Assembly: GCF_006345805.1 (NCBI RefSeq)
Contig: NC_042997.1
Location: forward strand, 129,704,001-129,768,000
Direction of reading: 5' to 3'
Origin: Octopus sinensis
Taxonomy: Eukaryota
Length of the DNA stretch: 64,000 nt
Both the position numbers and the translations under genes were made by a program. The notes beneath the pieces were generated by a model. It worked only from the letters and a program-made list of their open reading frames with translations, had not been told where the DNA came from and ran no database searches. Each line of letters opens with the position of its first letter. Position 1 is the first letter of the stretch. This document shows positions 1 through 12,920 of this stretch, piece after piece.

Positions 1-26
1 ATATATATATACATACATACATACAC

Positions 27-1082
<1,056 letters not shown>

Positions 1083-2089
1083 ATGTATGTATGTATATAT
1101 ATGTATTTATATATATATGGTTCAAATGTACAAAAAACAGAAGACAGAGACAGATGAGGGAACAAGAAACAAAGTGTATCAATTTGTTGCTCAGGAAAAA
1201 TGGAAAAGTCTTTCATCATCATCATTGTCATTGTCATCGTCACCACCACCACCACCGTCAACATTATCATCATCTAACATCTGTATTCCATGTTGGCATT
1301 GATTAAATGGTCCAACAGGAATCAACAAGCCAAAGGACAACATTGAGCTCCAATGTCTACTTTGGCATGGTTTCTGTGGTTGGGTGCTTCTTTGTAGTAC
1401 CACCACTTGTAAGGTACCCAAGTAACTAACAAGACAAAACTGACTGACTCAGTGGGGATACAGTGTTGAGAGGGGTGGCTTTATAAAAGGTGTTGAGAGA
1501 ATAAAGCATGATGGAAAGATAGGAACAGGTGTTTTAGTGTTGACGAGATACATGACTACCTCAGTAGAAAAGGGAGAAAGGCTGGTTGAGACAATGTCAG
1601 GGCTTAACCTCAATGTATAAGAAGGTAGATAAAGAAAGAATAGGGCCAAAAAATTGAGGGTGGTTGGCTGGGTAGGTTTGTATGAGAGTGAAAGGAGAAT
1701 TGCAGACAATTAGAGATGGGGTTGATGTGAATGCACTGAATGGTGAACATGGGTGGCAGTATGGTCAGGATTAAAGAAAATAGAAATAGAGGTGATAGGT
1801 AGAAATACACAAAAAGAAGGAGGTAGAGAACAACAGTATAATAAAACTATAAGCAGATGAGAAATAGGGAAATGATGTGAAGTGTTAGGGGAGAGAGAAG
1901 ACATGCAGAGACAGATATGGAGGTCAGAGATACATAGGAATGGATATAATGACAGAAATGGGAGGGAGATGGTATGAAAAGAGTGTGTTCAAGGGAAAGG
2001 GCATTCAGTGGAAAAATACAGTGGTAAGGGATGATATTGAAAGTGTGGAATGGATGACAAGAGGAGTTTGTTTATTTGTTCCTTCATGA

Positions 2090-2400
2090 GTCACTCTTGG
2101 CTCATAAGGGCTGGTTTCCCAGTTTCCTTGGCGTATAGGTTCCCCACCTGGACAGGACACCGGTTCATCACAGGTGAGCTGCAAGATGTAGGAGGAAAGC
2201 GTAAGAGAAAGTTGTGGCGAAAGAGTCAGCAGAAGTTTGCCATTACCTTCTGCCGGAGACACATGGAACTTAGGTGTTTCGCTCATAAACACACCACTTT
2301 TCTTCTCTTGTGATGTGCACAGATATAACTACTGAGATTCGAACTCACGATCCTTTGACCACGAGTCCATTGCTCAAACCACTAGGCCATGTGTCTCCAC
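2090..2400 (-). mobile_element. tRNA-derived SINE
   Basis: Minus-strand head with A box TGGCCTAGTGG and B box GAGTTCGAATC, followed by a non-tRNA body. Confidence 0.75.
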
Positions 2401-3294
2401 TAACAAGAGGAGTGGTTCCAAGGAAAATAATAACCGGTAGCACAAAACTGGAGATGGAATATGTACAGTTTTTCTCTTATATAAGTATAGCAGCTGAACA
2501 AATAGTGCTGATTATGTCAGAAGAGCAAAGGAAGGATGGCTGTTATGAAGTTGTGAGGAAGCTTGACCTGTACAGATTGGGGGTGGGGGCATAAACATGA
2601 AAAATATGCTTTTAGATCATCATTTGTTTGCTGAGATGGATGGGTCTTCTCAAGCACAGATGATTCCCCAATCATCTCAGTCTCTTGTCATATCCCCATT
2701 AGACCTTCAAAGATTGAAGTAGAGAAGGTTTCTGTACCAACAGTGATTTAGTATGAATCCATTGGTCCTAAGAAGAAATTAAAAGCTTACACAAAAGTTG
2801 TTGGAGCTGTAGTGTAGTTCACCTACATGATCATTCTTGTCATCATTGTTTGGTGTCTGCTTTCCATGCTGGCATGTGTTGGACAGGTTCTTTCTGCTGT
2901 GTTTGATGGGCCAGGGAATTACATCCTGTTCATAAGTTTAATTTTTGGTTTGGTTTCACTGACAGGATGCCTTTCTGATGCTAACCACTTTACACAGTGC
3001 ACTGCGTGCATTTTTCATGATACCAGCATTAGAGAAGTAGTTATATCTTGGACAAAATTACAAAAAAAAAAGCAAGGGGTAAAAAACTACCTACACTAAG
3101 CAGAATGAATCAGGTGCATTTTATTCTGCACACATCACAAGAGAAGAGAAGGATGGGAGAGAGATTGATAGCAAAAGGTGAATATATGATGAGAGTGAAC
3201 AAATGGCCAGCAAAGGTTATAGGTAGAGTGTATGGAGTACATGTTGGTCTGATGAGATATATATATACCTCAAGATGGTAATAAGGATGAGAAA

Positions 3295-3385
<91 letters not shown>
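3295..3385. repeat. (GA)n microsatellite
   Basis: Direct reading. Explains the poly-SL ORF. Confidence 0.95.
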
Positions 3386-3727
3386 TCAGATGGGTCCTGT
3401 GGTATTCCCAGTTAAACTGAAATAAATGTATGGTGGTTGAAGAGATACACTGCAATATTTAGTCACATTGGAAGCATAGTAAAGTGAGATTGAGAAGAGA
3501 TAAGTAATTGTAAGATGAGCAATAGAGACATGAGTATTACAGGTGTGTGTGATAAAGGCAGAAGCATGGAGAGCAGACATATGATAAAAGATATGTGCGG
3601 TAAGAGGGGGGTGAGTGACAGGGGTGTTAGAGGGAGCGCAGGCTTTAGTCATGCATATTTGCACACATACATGTTCATACGTATATATAGCTAAAGTTAC
3701 AAACCCATACAGACCCACACATTACTG

Positions 3728-4032
3728 GCACTCTGTTGGTTATGTTCAACAGATCCGATCAATGGAACAACCTGCTCATGAAATCAATGTGAAAGTGGTT
3801 TAGCATTCCATAGACATATACCTTAGTGTAGTTCTCAAGGAGATCCAATGTGACACCAAATGTAACAAGGCTGGACCTTTGAATTGCAGGTACAACTCAT
3901 TTTCGGCAGCTGAGTGGCCTGGAGCAGAATGAAATTAAGTGTCTTGCTCAAGTAAACAACATGCTGTTGGGAATCAATCTTATGACCTAATGATTGTGAG
4001 CTGAATACCCTAACTGCTAAGGCATGTGCCTT
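3728..4032 (-). mobile_element. Degenerate tRNA-derived SINE with CORE-like segment (related copies at ~22740-22950 -, 54760-55085 +)
   Basis: tRNA-like head plus cttgagcaagacacttaatttc CORE-like segment. Shares its 3' body with the copy at 54.9-55.1 kb. Confidence 0.6.
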
Positions 4033-4155
4033 TCTCTCTCTCTCTATATATATATATATATCATCACTAGATCATATATCCCCCCCCCCAAAAAAAAGTA
4101 CACTCTAAAAGTTAGAGCAGTAATCTATTTACAAGAAGTTAAATATATGCCTCAT

Positions 4156-4748
4156 CATAGAGTGATCGATGGTTTCACATCTATAAACTGCTTAGCTTTA
4201 TAGATGACTTATCAGACTTCAATGGCCATGGTCATATAACCTTTCTTCAAACTGGAGGTAGAAAACCATTACAGGCAGTTAATTTGTAAACTATGCAAAG
4301 CTTACATCATCTAGGACCAGACAATGCAAGCTTTGCATAGCAGAGCAGGCAAGGATCCTTAAAGACTTGCTGGACCTGAAGTCTCTCTTAAACTCAAGAC
4401 ATGAGATCTATACCCATTGCTCCCATTTCAAATGCTACTTGCTACAGGCATGGGATTCCCTGTTTGTTGATTAGGGATCTAAAAAGTACTTGTGGACTAG
4501 AATTAGCCCAAGGGTGGAAATTCCCTGTTTGCTCTAAAGATTTGCTGATTGGACCAGTATAAAGGCAGTAACTTGTCCCATTTAAGGCTCAGACAGTGTA
4601 TATTACTTTTTTGTTTAGAAATTAACTGATTGCAACGGTTTTCTACTTCCAGTTTGAAGAGAGGTTATATGCCTGCTGCCATTGAAGTCTCATGAGTTGT
4701 CTATAAAGCTAAGTGCTTTATGGATGTAAAACCATTGGTCACTCCATG
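4156..4748 (+). mobile_element. Truncated Penelope-like retroelement with inverted terminal repeat
   Basis: Arms 4156-4291 and 4613-4748 are imperfect inverted repeats. 4307-4474 translates to SSRTRQCKLCIAEQARILKDLLDLKSLLNSRHEIYTHCSHFKCYLL, resembling the CxLC...LLNxRxE...CxH C-terminus of Penelope GIY-YIG ORFs. Confidence 0.7.
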
Positions 4749-4850
4749 TCTGTACATATATTAAACTTCATGTAAATATTATGTATGTATATACATGCAT
4801 ACATACTTATATACCTACATATATATATTATATATATATATATATATATA

Positions 4851-5590
4851 GAAGTGGTGAAGCATGACCTTCAGACGTTAGGTCTCACCATGGAAATGAC
4901 TAGAGACCGAGACCTATGGAAGTATGCTGTGCGTGAGAAGACCCGGCAAGACTAGTGAAGCCATAATCCGTGGCCCCTACCTGGGACGTAGTCAGTCCAC
5001 CTGTGCATACCTTCCTTCTTGTGACACTTGTGAAGACCTGTTGAGGCAAGTGAGAATCGAATCGAATCAAATCAAATCAAATCGAACCAAATCAAAATAG
5101 ATGAACATCAATGGAATTTGTATCCTTGTGGTACCAGTGCCGGTGGCACATAAGAAAACCATCCGAACGTGATCGTAGCCAGTACCACAACGACTGGCCT
5201 CCGTGCTGAGGGCACGTAACAAACACCATCCGAGCGTGGCCGTCCGCCAGCCCCGTCTGGCACCTGTGTCGGTGACACATAAGAAAACACCATCCGAGCG
5301 TGGCCGTCAGCCAGCCTCGTCTGGCACCTGTGTCGGTGGCACATAAAAAACACCATCCGAGCGTGGCCGTCTGCCAGCCTCGTCTGGCACCTGTGTCGGT
5401 GGCACATAAAATCACCCACTACACTCTCGGAGTGGTTGGCGTTAGGAAGGGCATCCAGCTGTAGAAACACTGCCAGATCTGACTGGCCTGGTGCAGCCTT
5501 CGGGCTTGCCAGACCCCAGTTGAACCGTCCAACCCATGCTAGCATGGAAAGCGGACGTTAAACGATGATGATGATGATGATGATGATGAT
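4851..5590 (+). mobile_element. 5'-truncated RTE-clade LINE (ORF C-terminus, 3'UTR and (GAT)n tail), young copy
   Basis: 4851-4955 encodes EVVKHDLQTLGLTMEMTRDRDLWKYAVREKTRQD* (RTE-type DRxxW end). The 3'UTR is shared with four other copies in the window. Ends in (GAT)n, flanked by (TA)n. Confidence 0.85.
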
Positions 5591-5614
5591 ATATATATAC
5601 ACACACACACACAT

Positions 5615-6170
5615 ACTCAAATTTCAACATCTGTTTCATCATGCTTGTATAGGTGGGTGTGTCTTCTTTCACACAGCATGTCCACAACCAGCATGGTCCT
5701 TTGTCACCATCTCTGTGAGACGCAACAACTTCAGATTTATCTCTACCACTTTATCTCAAGCCTTTCATGGTCTCTCTCTTCCACAAGCTTCATTCGCTTT
5801 GAGCACATGACGCTCCTTTATACAGCTGTTCTCCAAATGCATCATTTGCCCATACCAACACCCACTTCTGTCTTGCACACTATGTCTGATTCAACTTCCA
5901 TTTGGTTTTTCTCACAGTTCAGTTGTGCTCTAGCTTTTATCCACACTTTGAACGTTTGCTTTATTCTTTTCTAGTTTTCACAAATCCTCTGTGTTCAAGG
6001 TCGACATTTCACTAACATGCAGCATCACACTTCATTCATAACCATCATACAATTAGTATTTCTCTCTGAGAGAAAAGCTCTTTGTTGCCAACAGAGATAG
6101 GAGCTCCTTAAACTGTTTTCAACCTGTTCTTACTCTAGTTACTTAGTTTTCTGAGCACTCACCCCCTCTG
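5615..6170 (-). mobile_element. Degenerate RTE-clade LINE fragment
   Basis: Minus-strand broken frames read RVRTG*KQFKELLSLLATK and WYGQMM...CGRERP*KA*DKVV, matching RTE C-terminal motifs (RWYGHV, GRGRPRKTW). Confidence 0.7.
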
Positions 6171-6551
6171 AGTACATGTGTATGTGTGTGCATGTTTTTT
6201 GATGACATTATCAAAGAGTCACAATATCAATAAGAAAACTGCAAACAGTGCTCTTTGAATGAAGTCCCTTGTTTATATTTACTTTGCATTTTTTTGCTGC
6301 CATCAGAAAAGTAGTGAACCAATGATTGGCCTGTTGGATACTGGTTCACATCATTATCATCACCACCATTCAATGTCCATTTCCTATGCAAGCATGGGTT
6401 GGGCAGTTCAACAGGAGGTAGAGAGCCAGAGGACTGCACTATACTCCAATGTCTACTTTGACATGGTTTCTCCGGTTGGATGCCCTTCTTAACACCAAAT
6501 GCTTTTTATATCATAAATTGTGATATAAAATGAATAGTAGCAGTAATAGTA

Positions 6552-6650
<99 letters not shown>

Positions 6651-7586
6651 TGAAGTGTCAGTGTCTAAAATATTGACAAAAGTATCAGTGCTTGATACAT
6701 TAATGAACAGAGCAATGGTGCCCAATATATTACCTGAAGGATATAGGTACCACATATATTACTGATAGAATTTATATTTTTATTAAGTGCCTTGTATATT
6801 GACTGATGGAAAATCAAAACCCAATATTTTGCCTTATTGAGTATTAGTACTTCATATATAGTGTAATGGAGTACCAGTGACCCCATATCTTGACTAATGG
6901 TATATCAGCTCTCCATATCATTTACTTGATACAAAATGAAATGGCAGACTACTACAAGTCATTTATAGTTTGTGTGACACTTGTAAGGAACCAATATGAG
7001 GAATGTTTAAACTTAAAGAGATAGAATTCAGTAGATTTAGTAAGGAATATATATAATGAAATAAGTTTGAATAAAACTTGCAATCACTGCAGAAAACAAC
7101 AGGATGCACATATGATATTTGTAGGAAAAATGATTTAGGCTTTTGAAAGCATCAAAATAAATAAGATTTGTATGAATAAATGTTTGAGTGTCATAAACAC
7201 TACCTTGAGATTATAGCTACAAAATATTTTAGAAATAAGTAAAAGTTAAAAGAAGCAATTAAGAACATTATTTTATCCTACCCCTAGGACTGAAAAATAG
7301 ATATTGATGAAATAATGTTTTTGCTAAGAGTGGCAGAAGGCCAGGAATTTTGAAGGGAGATGGAAGTTGATTACATCAACTTCAGTGCTCAACTGGCATT
7401 TTTATTTCATTTACTCTGAAATGATGAAAGGCAAAGTCAACCTTAACGGAATTTAAACTCAAAATGTAAAGAGCTCGAAGAAATGTAGTTAAATATTTTG
7501 TTTAGCATGGTAACAATTCTGCCATAACATATTAATAAAATAATAGAAAATAATTTTCTTTGGTTCCAAATATAATTATACAATAA

Positions 7587-7770
7587 CCCCTTTGTTACCA
7601 TATTTCTATTGAAATACACTGTTTTGAAAATAATGAAAAATTTATTAAAATAATTAAGCTGGGTTTGGAATAGAAGTTAATATGGAGTTTTGATGGAAGG
7701 TTTTAATTTAAAACAAGGAATTTATATCATAAAACTAAGGGTGGTCTCATGTGGATTGGTATCAAAAGGT
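7587..7770 (-). mobile_element. Degenerate piggyBac-like MITE (inverted relative of 44884-45104)
   Basis: Begins cccctttgttaccatattt, the reverse complement of the end of the 44.9 kb element, and ends ggtatcaaaagg. Confidence 0.55.
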
Positions 7771-7799
7771 TTTATTATGAATAGATAATGATTTTAACC

Positions 7800-9450
7800 T
7801 TCAATATTTGTAGCAAAATGGTCTTCATTGAGTCTACACATATTCTGAATTTGTTGCTCAACTTCTTTAAGTGATTGATACTGAATGAATCTGGTACATT
7901 TCCAGTTGGAGGTGGAATCTGTAAGTGCCTTGATCATAACTGCATTGTTTTGAAAGTCTTACAAGAAGAAATGTTAAGAGAATGTAAGAGCTATTCATCT
8001 GTCTTTTACTTGGTTTTGAAAAGTTAAATCCCCCAAGAAGTAGATATTTTTTACACATCAACACAGACCTTCTCATTCATGCAGCCTGAAACATTTTCAA
8101 TTTGACTCTGCCAAGATCTTTAGCATGAAAATGTCCATATAAGACGCTCAGATTTGTTTAATGTAAATATCTATTAGTATCAGCTGAAATAGGATCTTCA
8201 TTAGTGGGGAAAAAATCTTGAAGAAGGTATAAGGGATACAAGAAAGTCTAAAAATGAGTTGTGATGTTAATAAATAAAAATTAAAAACAATAAATGGAAG
8301 TTAAGAAATAAAAAAAGCTTAAGATCTAAAAATTCTACTTTTGCAATACTTTTCATTAAAATGAAATTGGAAAAGACACTCATTTAATGAACTTCAGTTA
8401 CAGAATAATCATCTATCTGTTCCTAAACTGAATAATAATCCTATTAAAGAGAGCACTCCTACTACAAATGTAGCTAGTCTGCTTCTGGTAGTTCTAAAAT
8501 GGTTTTAGTATCAGAATGTTATCTGTCTTACTTCAGTTTTTAGAAAGTTGTTACCGAGTGCAAAGGTTTTTAAGGTAGGGACAACAGGAACATCTAAATC
8601 ACTCTCATACTGGCGTTAGTGTTAGTTAGTTGACACTGATGCATTGTTGAGATTCTTGCAAGTCAAAGAAACATGCTACCACAGATCGAGAGAAAACAAA
8701 GATGTTATTCAGAGCTAGGGAAGGAATTTTAAAGTCAGTTTGGATGGCAATTCCTCATGTCAACATTTCTGCCCCAGATTCTATTTCACCATAGAGATTA
8801 TAAATAGAAATATAAAGTGTGATAGACTACTATCTTCTATAGAAATTTAGACCTCTCCATGTTAACCAATGAGCTACAATAATCTATTGAAGTTAGAAGT
8901 AATATGACTTTTGATAATACAAAATATTTGGTACATCAAAGTTGTTACTTTGTATAAAGAGTCATTTGCTTCACTCATTGGTCAAAACACTTAATTCAAC
9001 CAATTAAACAAATATCAGATCCTCTGGGAAAGCCTGTCTGCAGTAGTTGAGCTAGAGATAAATTTCTTTTGACAGCTTTTCACTAACAACATTTATAGTA
9101 GTATTGTAAAGTATGAACAAATTGATTGAAGACTATTTACATTGTTCAATAAAATCAGATTATTATGAAGAACTTTCAAGTATTATATTTCTCTGTTAGT
9201 CCTAGCAAAAATGGGGTGATCTAAAGTTGTTTAGTTAAGAACCCTACATGCTGGAGGCAAGAGTGGCTTTTCCAGAAGAAGGTTTGAAGTAGAGGTGTAA
9301 AATATGAAGAATTAGCTAAATATTTTTATTGAGTATGTGAAAACATTGGGGCCCAACATCTATAGTGAACTTCCTGTAATACTCCACATATCCTGTTGCA
9401 ATTTTACATTAAATCTGTGTGCATTTATTGAATGTCTGATACAAAAATAA
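7800..9450 (-). mobile_element. Highly degenerate Ty3/Gypsy-like pol remnant
   Basis: Broken minus-strand frames include IESGAEM (protease DSGA-like, ~8760-8790) and RHLQIPP (RT YLQIP-like, ~7910-7935). Boundaries approximate. Confidence 0.35.
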
Positions 9451-10362
9451 TCCAGCTAAAAGGTATTTATTGCAAGATCTCAAATGTAAATGCTTATATT
9501 TGTAAATCTAGTCAACCCATGTCAACTTAATGTAGATCAGGAAACAAACTCAATATGTTGGTTCCTAAAGTAAAATGATTAATTGATCAGTAAGTCTGGT
9601 GGAGATGTTGGCCAAATATTTTGGAATGGATAAGAAATTTGAAATGTTGTTGTGAGAAAAGTTAAAATATGTCATCTGAATATGATAAAATGGTATTCAA
9701 CTGGGTTATAGGAATCCCCCAAGAAGTCGAAGAGATTACTTTGCAGTTATGTGGTTCTAAGTTCAATTTCACAGGATGGAACCTTGGCCGAGTATTTTCT
9801 ACCATAGACTTGAGTTCACCAAAACAGTGCATAACTTACACACACACACATATATGTATATATAATATTTACCATGGAAATACACTGAATGCATATCTAC
9901 CGTGAATATCGCTTTTTTCCTTGACAAAGGAGCCATTCTCTGAAAATGGATTTCAAGATTAATTTTTTACCTGGGAAATTGAACCCCAAAAACGGCCATT
10001 TGAATATTATCATCTACAATTGTAACTTGAAACCTTATTAGATGCTTATTATTAACTTTTCAAATCTTTTAAAAAATGTTATCTATATTCTTATCTTTTA
10101 CTATATTATCACTCTGTTTTTACATTCATATTTATATATCTATATATATTTTTGATATTCCTATATTTTTCTATGTTTGATATATTAATATATGTTTTAA
10201 TTTTAGATGAATTTTATCTTGATCAAATCTGCACACATGTTGAAAGAGGTTTGCCTAATCTGAACTTTCTCCTTTTATTTTTTATACTTGCCTAACGTCT
10301 CAGGTTCGACTTCAGCGCTTTTCTGCAATCTATATATTTCGTAAGAAAAATATATAAGGACA

Positions 10363-10504
10363 TGGCATTAGGAAGGGCATCCAGCTGTAGAAACTCTGCC
10401 AAATCAAGATTGGAGCCTGGTGCAGCCATCTGGTTCGCCAGCTCTCAGTTAAATCGTCCAACCCATACTAGCATGGAAAGCGGATGTTAAACGATGATGA
10501 TGAT
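10363..10504 (+). mobile_element. RTE 3'-tail fragment
   Basis: taggaagggcatccagctgtagaaac...gcatggaaagcggatgttaaacgatgatgat, same family as 4851-5590. Confidence 0.85.
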
Positions 10505-10509
10505 ATATG

Positions 10510-10625
10510 TTGGACCTCAACGGAGGCAAAGTGGCTGAGTTCTTTTTGGGCATTGAGCCCTACAGAGGCAAAGTGGCTGAGATCCTTTCAAGCATTGGGC
10601 CTCATGGAGGCAAAGTGGCTGGCAT
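10510..10625 (+). repeat. 42-bp tandem repeat, ~3 units
   Basis: gaggcaaagtggctg recurs at 10523, 10565 and 10607. Confidence 0.8.
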
Positions 10626-11519
10626 GTAAATGCACCCCGGTGTCACACAAATGGCATCAGCCGTAGAAAATCAGAAGCCCATCGTGTGTTTATTTTACTG
10701 TCTCCTTGCCTTGCCATTGTGTGATAAGTTAGCATCACTGTCATGCATATTATATCCTTCATTTCCAATCTCGTGTCTGGCTATGGGAAAATATAACATT
10801 ACTTGGAAATAGCTGAGTGTTTGTAACACAAAGGGCATCTGGCTGTAGAAACAAATTCTGCCTGACCCACGCAAGCATAGAAAAGTGGACGTTAAAACAA
10901 TGATGGTGACAAAGTTGAGTATATTATTTTTCTTTTACGTGTTTCAGCCTTGAGACTGTGGCCATGCTGGAGCACTGCCAGTATTAGTGTAGGATAAACA
11001 TATACATATAGTGTAGGAGGAAACACAATACTTGTCAGTATTTAGATCCAACAGAGTTATGTCTCTTTTTGCCAAGATCATCTTGTCTCCTTCAAGATTG
11101 ATTAAGCACCTGGTAAGATATTGTGGGTAGTAATTTATTAAAACCCTTGAAAGCAATTTTTCAGTCCAATGTCAAAACCTTTACAGAAGTAACTCACCAC
11201 ACAGAATTACATTGAATTCATCATTTCTTTAATGTCAATTTATAAACCTTATTTGATGAAAGGATAAAGAATATTTAGTATTTTCATAAATTTTGGCATC
11301 ACAATCATCATTATCATTTAACATCCACTTTTCTCTGCTTGCATGGGTCAGATAATTTGTTGAGATAGATTTTCAATGGCCATATGCCTGTCCTGCTACC
11401 AAGCAAGACAATATTTTCCCATGGTCAAATATGCTTTTTATGGAAGTTAGGAAATGAACAATGTTACTTCTATGATGACAATGTTCATTTACTATTATTG
11501 TGATGTCTAGATAAGGGTA

Positions 11520-11670
11520 CACACAAATACATGATGGACGTTGTTTCTGCCAACCAAGATCAATTCAAAGCTATAGTAGAAAATACTTGCCCAAGGTGCC
11601 ATGCAGTGAAACTGAGCCCATGACCACATGGTTGGGAAGCAAGCTTCTAACCTATAGTCATAGCTGCACC
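11520..11670 (-). mobile_element. Degenerate tRNA/CORE-type SINE (related copies ~58950-59280 +, 62290-62475 -)
   Basis: Minus strand: ttagaagcttgcttcccaaccatgtggtc...cagtttcactgcatggcaccttgggcaagt. Confidence 0.6.
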
Positions 11671-12621
11671 AATTATGTGTTAAATATTTGACATTAATAA
11701 ATGTTGATTCTTTAGAGAAAGACATATAGTAAACTGGAGATGATCTCAGTTATCAGTTTTACAGTGACAAATATTCTATTGTCACTTATACTTCTCAAGT
11801 TTAGCTGGCACTACATATTTAAATAGTGGTTTAAAATTTTGTCACAAGGCCAGCAATTTCAGGGGTAGGGTAGATCAATTAAATTGACCCGTGCTCAACT
11901 GGTATTTATTTTACTGACTCTGAAAAGATGAAAGGCAATTCTGCTCACTGCCTTCAAAATATTAACAATCAGCTATTAAAGACAAAATTGTAGAGTAGTG
12001 CAAAGGTTGGACAGTGTATTAGCCAAGGGATGTTTAGACTTTTGGAATCATAATTTTTTATTTTTTACACTAGCAGGGGTTGGGTGCACAGTGTCTCATT
12101 ATTTTTTTTTATCTCCTTTGTGAAGTTGTTTTCACCATATGTTCTCTTCCACGTAGAATACTTGACACTTCTTCACCCAATTGTCATCCTTCAAAGCACC
12201 ATATATCTGTGTCAGTTCCAGTTTCTTCAGCTGCACCTCATGGTTGATTTCTTGAATACCCATTCTTTTACCCTCTCAGATCACCCAAGCTCTGTAAATC
12301 ATACACACTGATATTGCACATCTGACAGAGCATGCTGTTTGGGCTGATGTAATGCTATTAGTTTGTTTCAAGGGCAGAAAGTTAGACTTGCTTGAATAAG
12401 TTTTGTTAATAAAACATAGAAATTATCTTTCATCTCAACTTATGTTATGTTATAGAAATTTTTATAAAGCAAAATGACCAGCTGAACAAGATGATTTATC
12501 AACTAAAGAGGGCAGAGTTCATATCAAATTAGTGCTGCCATATTCTATACAAGACACAAAAGTTCATCTACTTCACTTTCCTGAAAAGAACAACTGCACA
12601 ATGATGAAGTGGTCAGCTGGA

Positions 12622-12920
12622 GATTGACCAGATTTCAGGATTTACAGTGGGATACTGACCAGTAGTTTGATAGCCTATGGTGGACACTGACCAATTGTCT
12701 AATGGTCAATAATTTGGTATACAGTAGACACTGGTCAATGGTTTGATAGTTTACAATGGAGACTGACAAATAGTTTGATGGTCTTTAGTAGAGACTACTC
12801 AATAGTTTGATAGTTAGCAGCAGAGATTGTACAATTGTTTGATGGTCCACAATGGAGGCCGACCAACAGTTTAATGGTCTACAGCAGAGACTGACTAATG
12901 GTTTAAATGTCTAAAGTAGA
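12622..12920. repeat. Degenerate 32-bp minisatellite, ~8-9 units
   Basis: Consensus ~gactgaccaatagtttgatggtctacagtaga, e.g. gactgacaaatagtttgatggtctttagtaga / gactactcaatagtttgatagttagcagcaga. Confidence 0.85.

Noticed and set aside
1440-2050. Purine-rich stretch giving several minus-strand ORFs
   Set aside because: Low-complexity GA-rich DNA lacks stops on the opposite strand by composition, and there is no protein motif.
2330-2400. tRNA gene candidates (A/B boxes here and at 34790-34885)
   Set aside because: No complete cloverleaf, they continue into SINE bodies, and one has a target site duplication.
3243-3285. ctgatgag...ctc as a hammerhead core
   Set aside because: Not followed by GAAA and no stem I closure.
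5137-5417. CRISPR-like or tracrRNA-like look of the repeated ggcacctgtgtcggtggcac hairpins
   Set aside because: The inter-repeat segments are homologous to one another rather than unique spacers, the context is a eukaryotic LINE 3'UTR, and there are no cas genes.
10510-10625. 15-nt exact repeat with ~27-nt intervals resembling a mini CRISPR array
   Set aside because: Only three units and the intervals are related to each other, so it is a 42-bp tandem repeat next to RTE debris.
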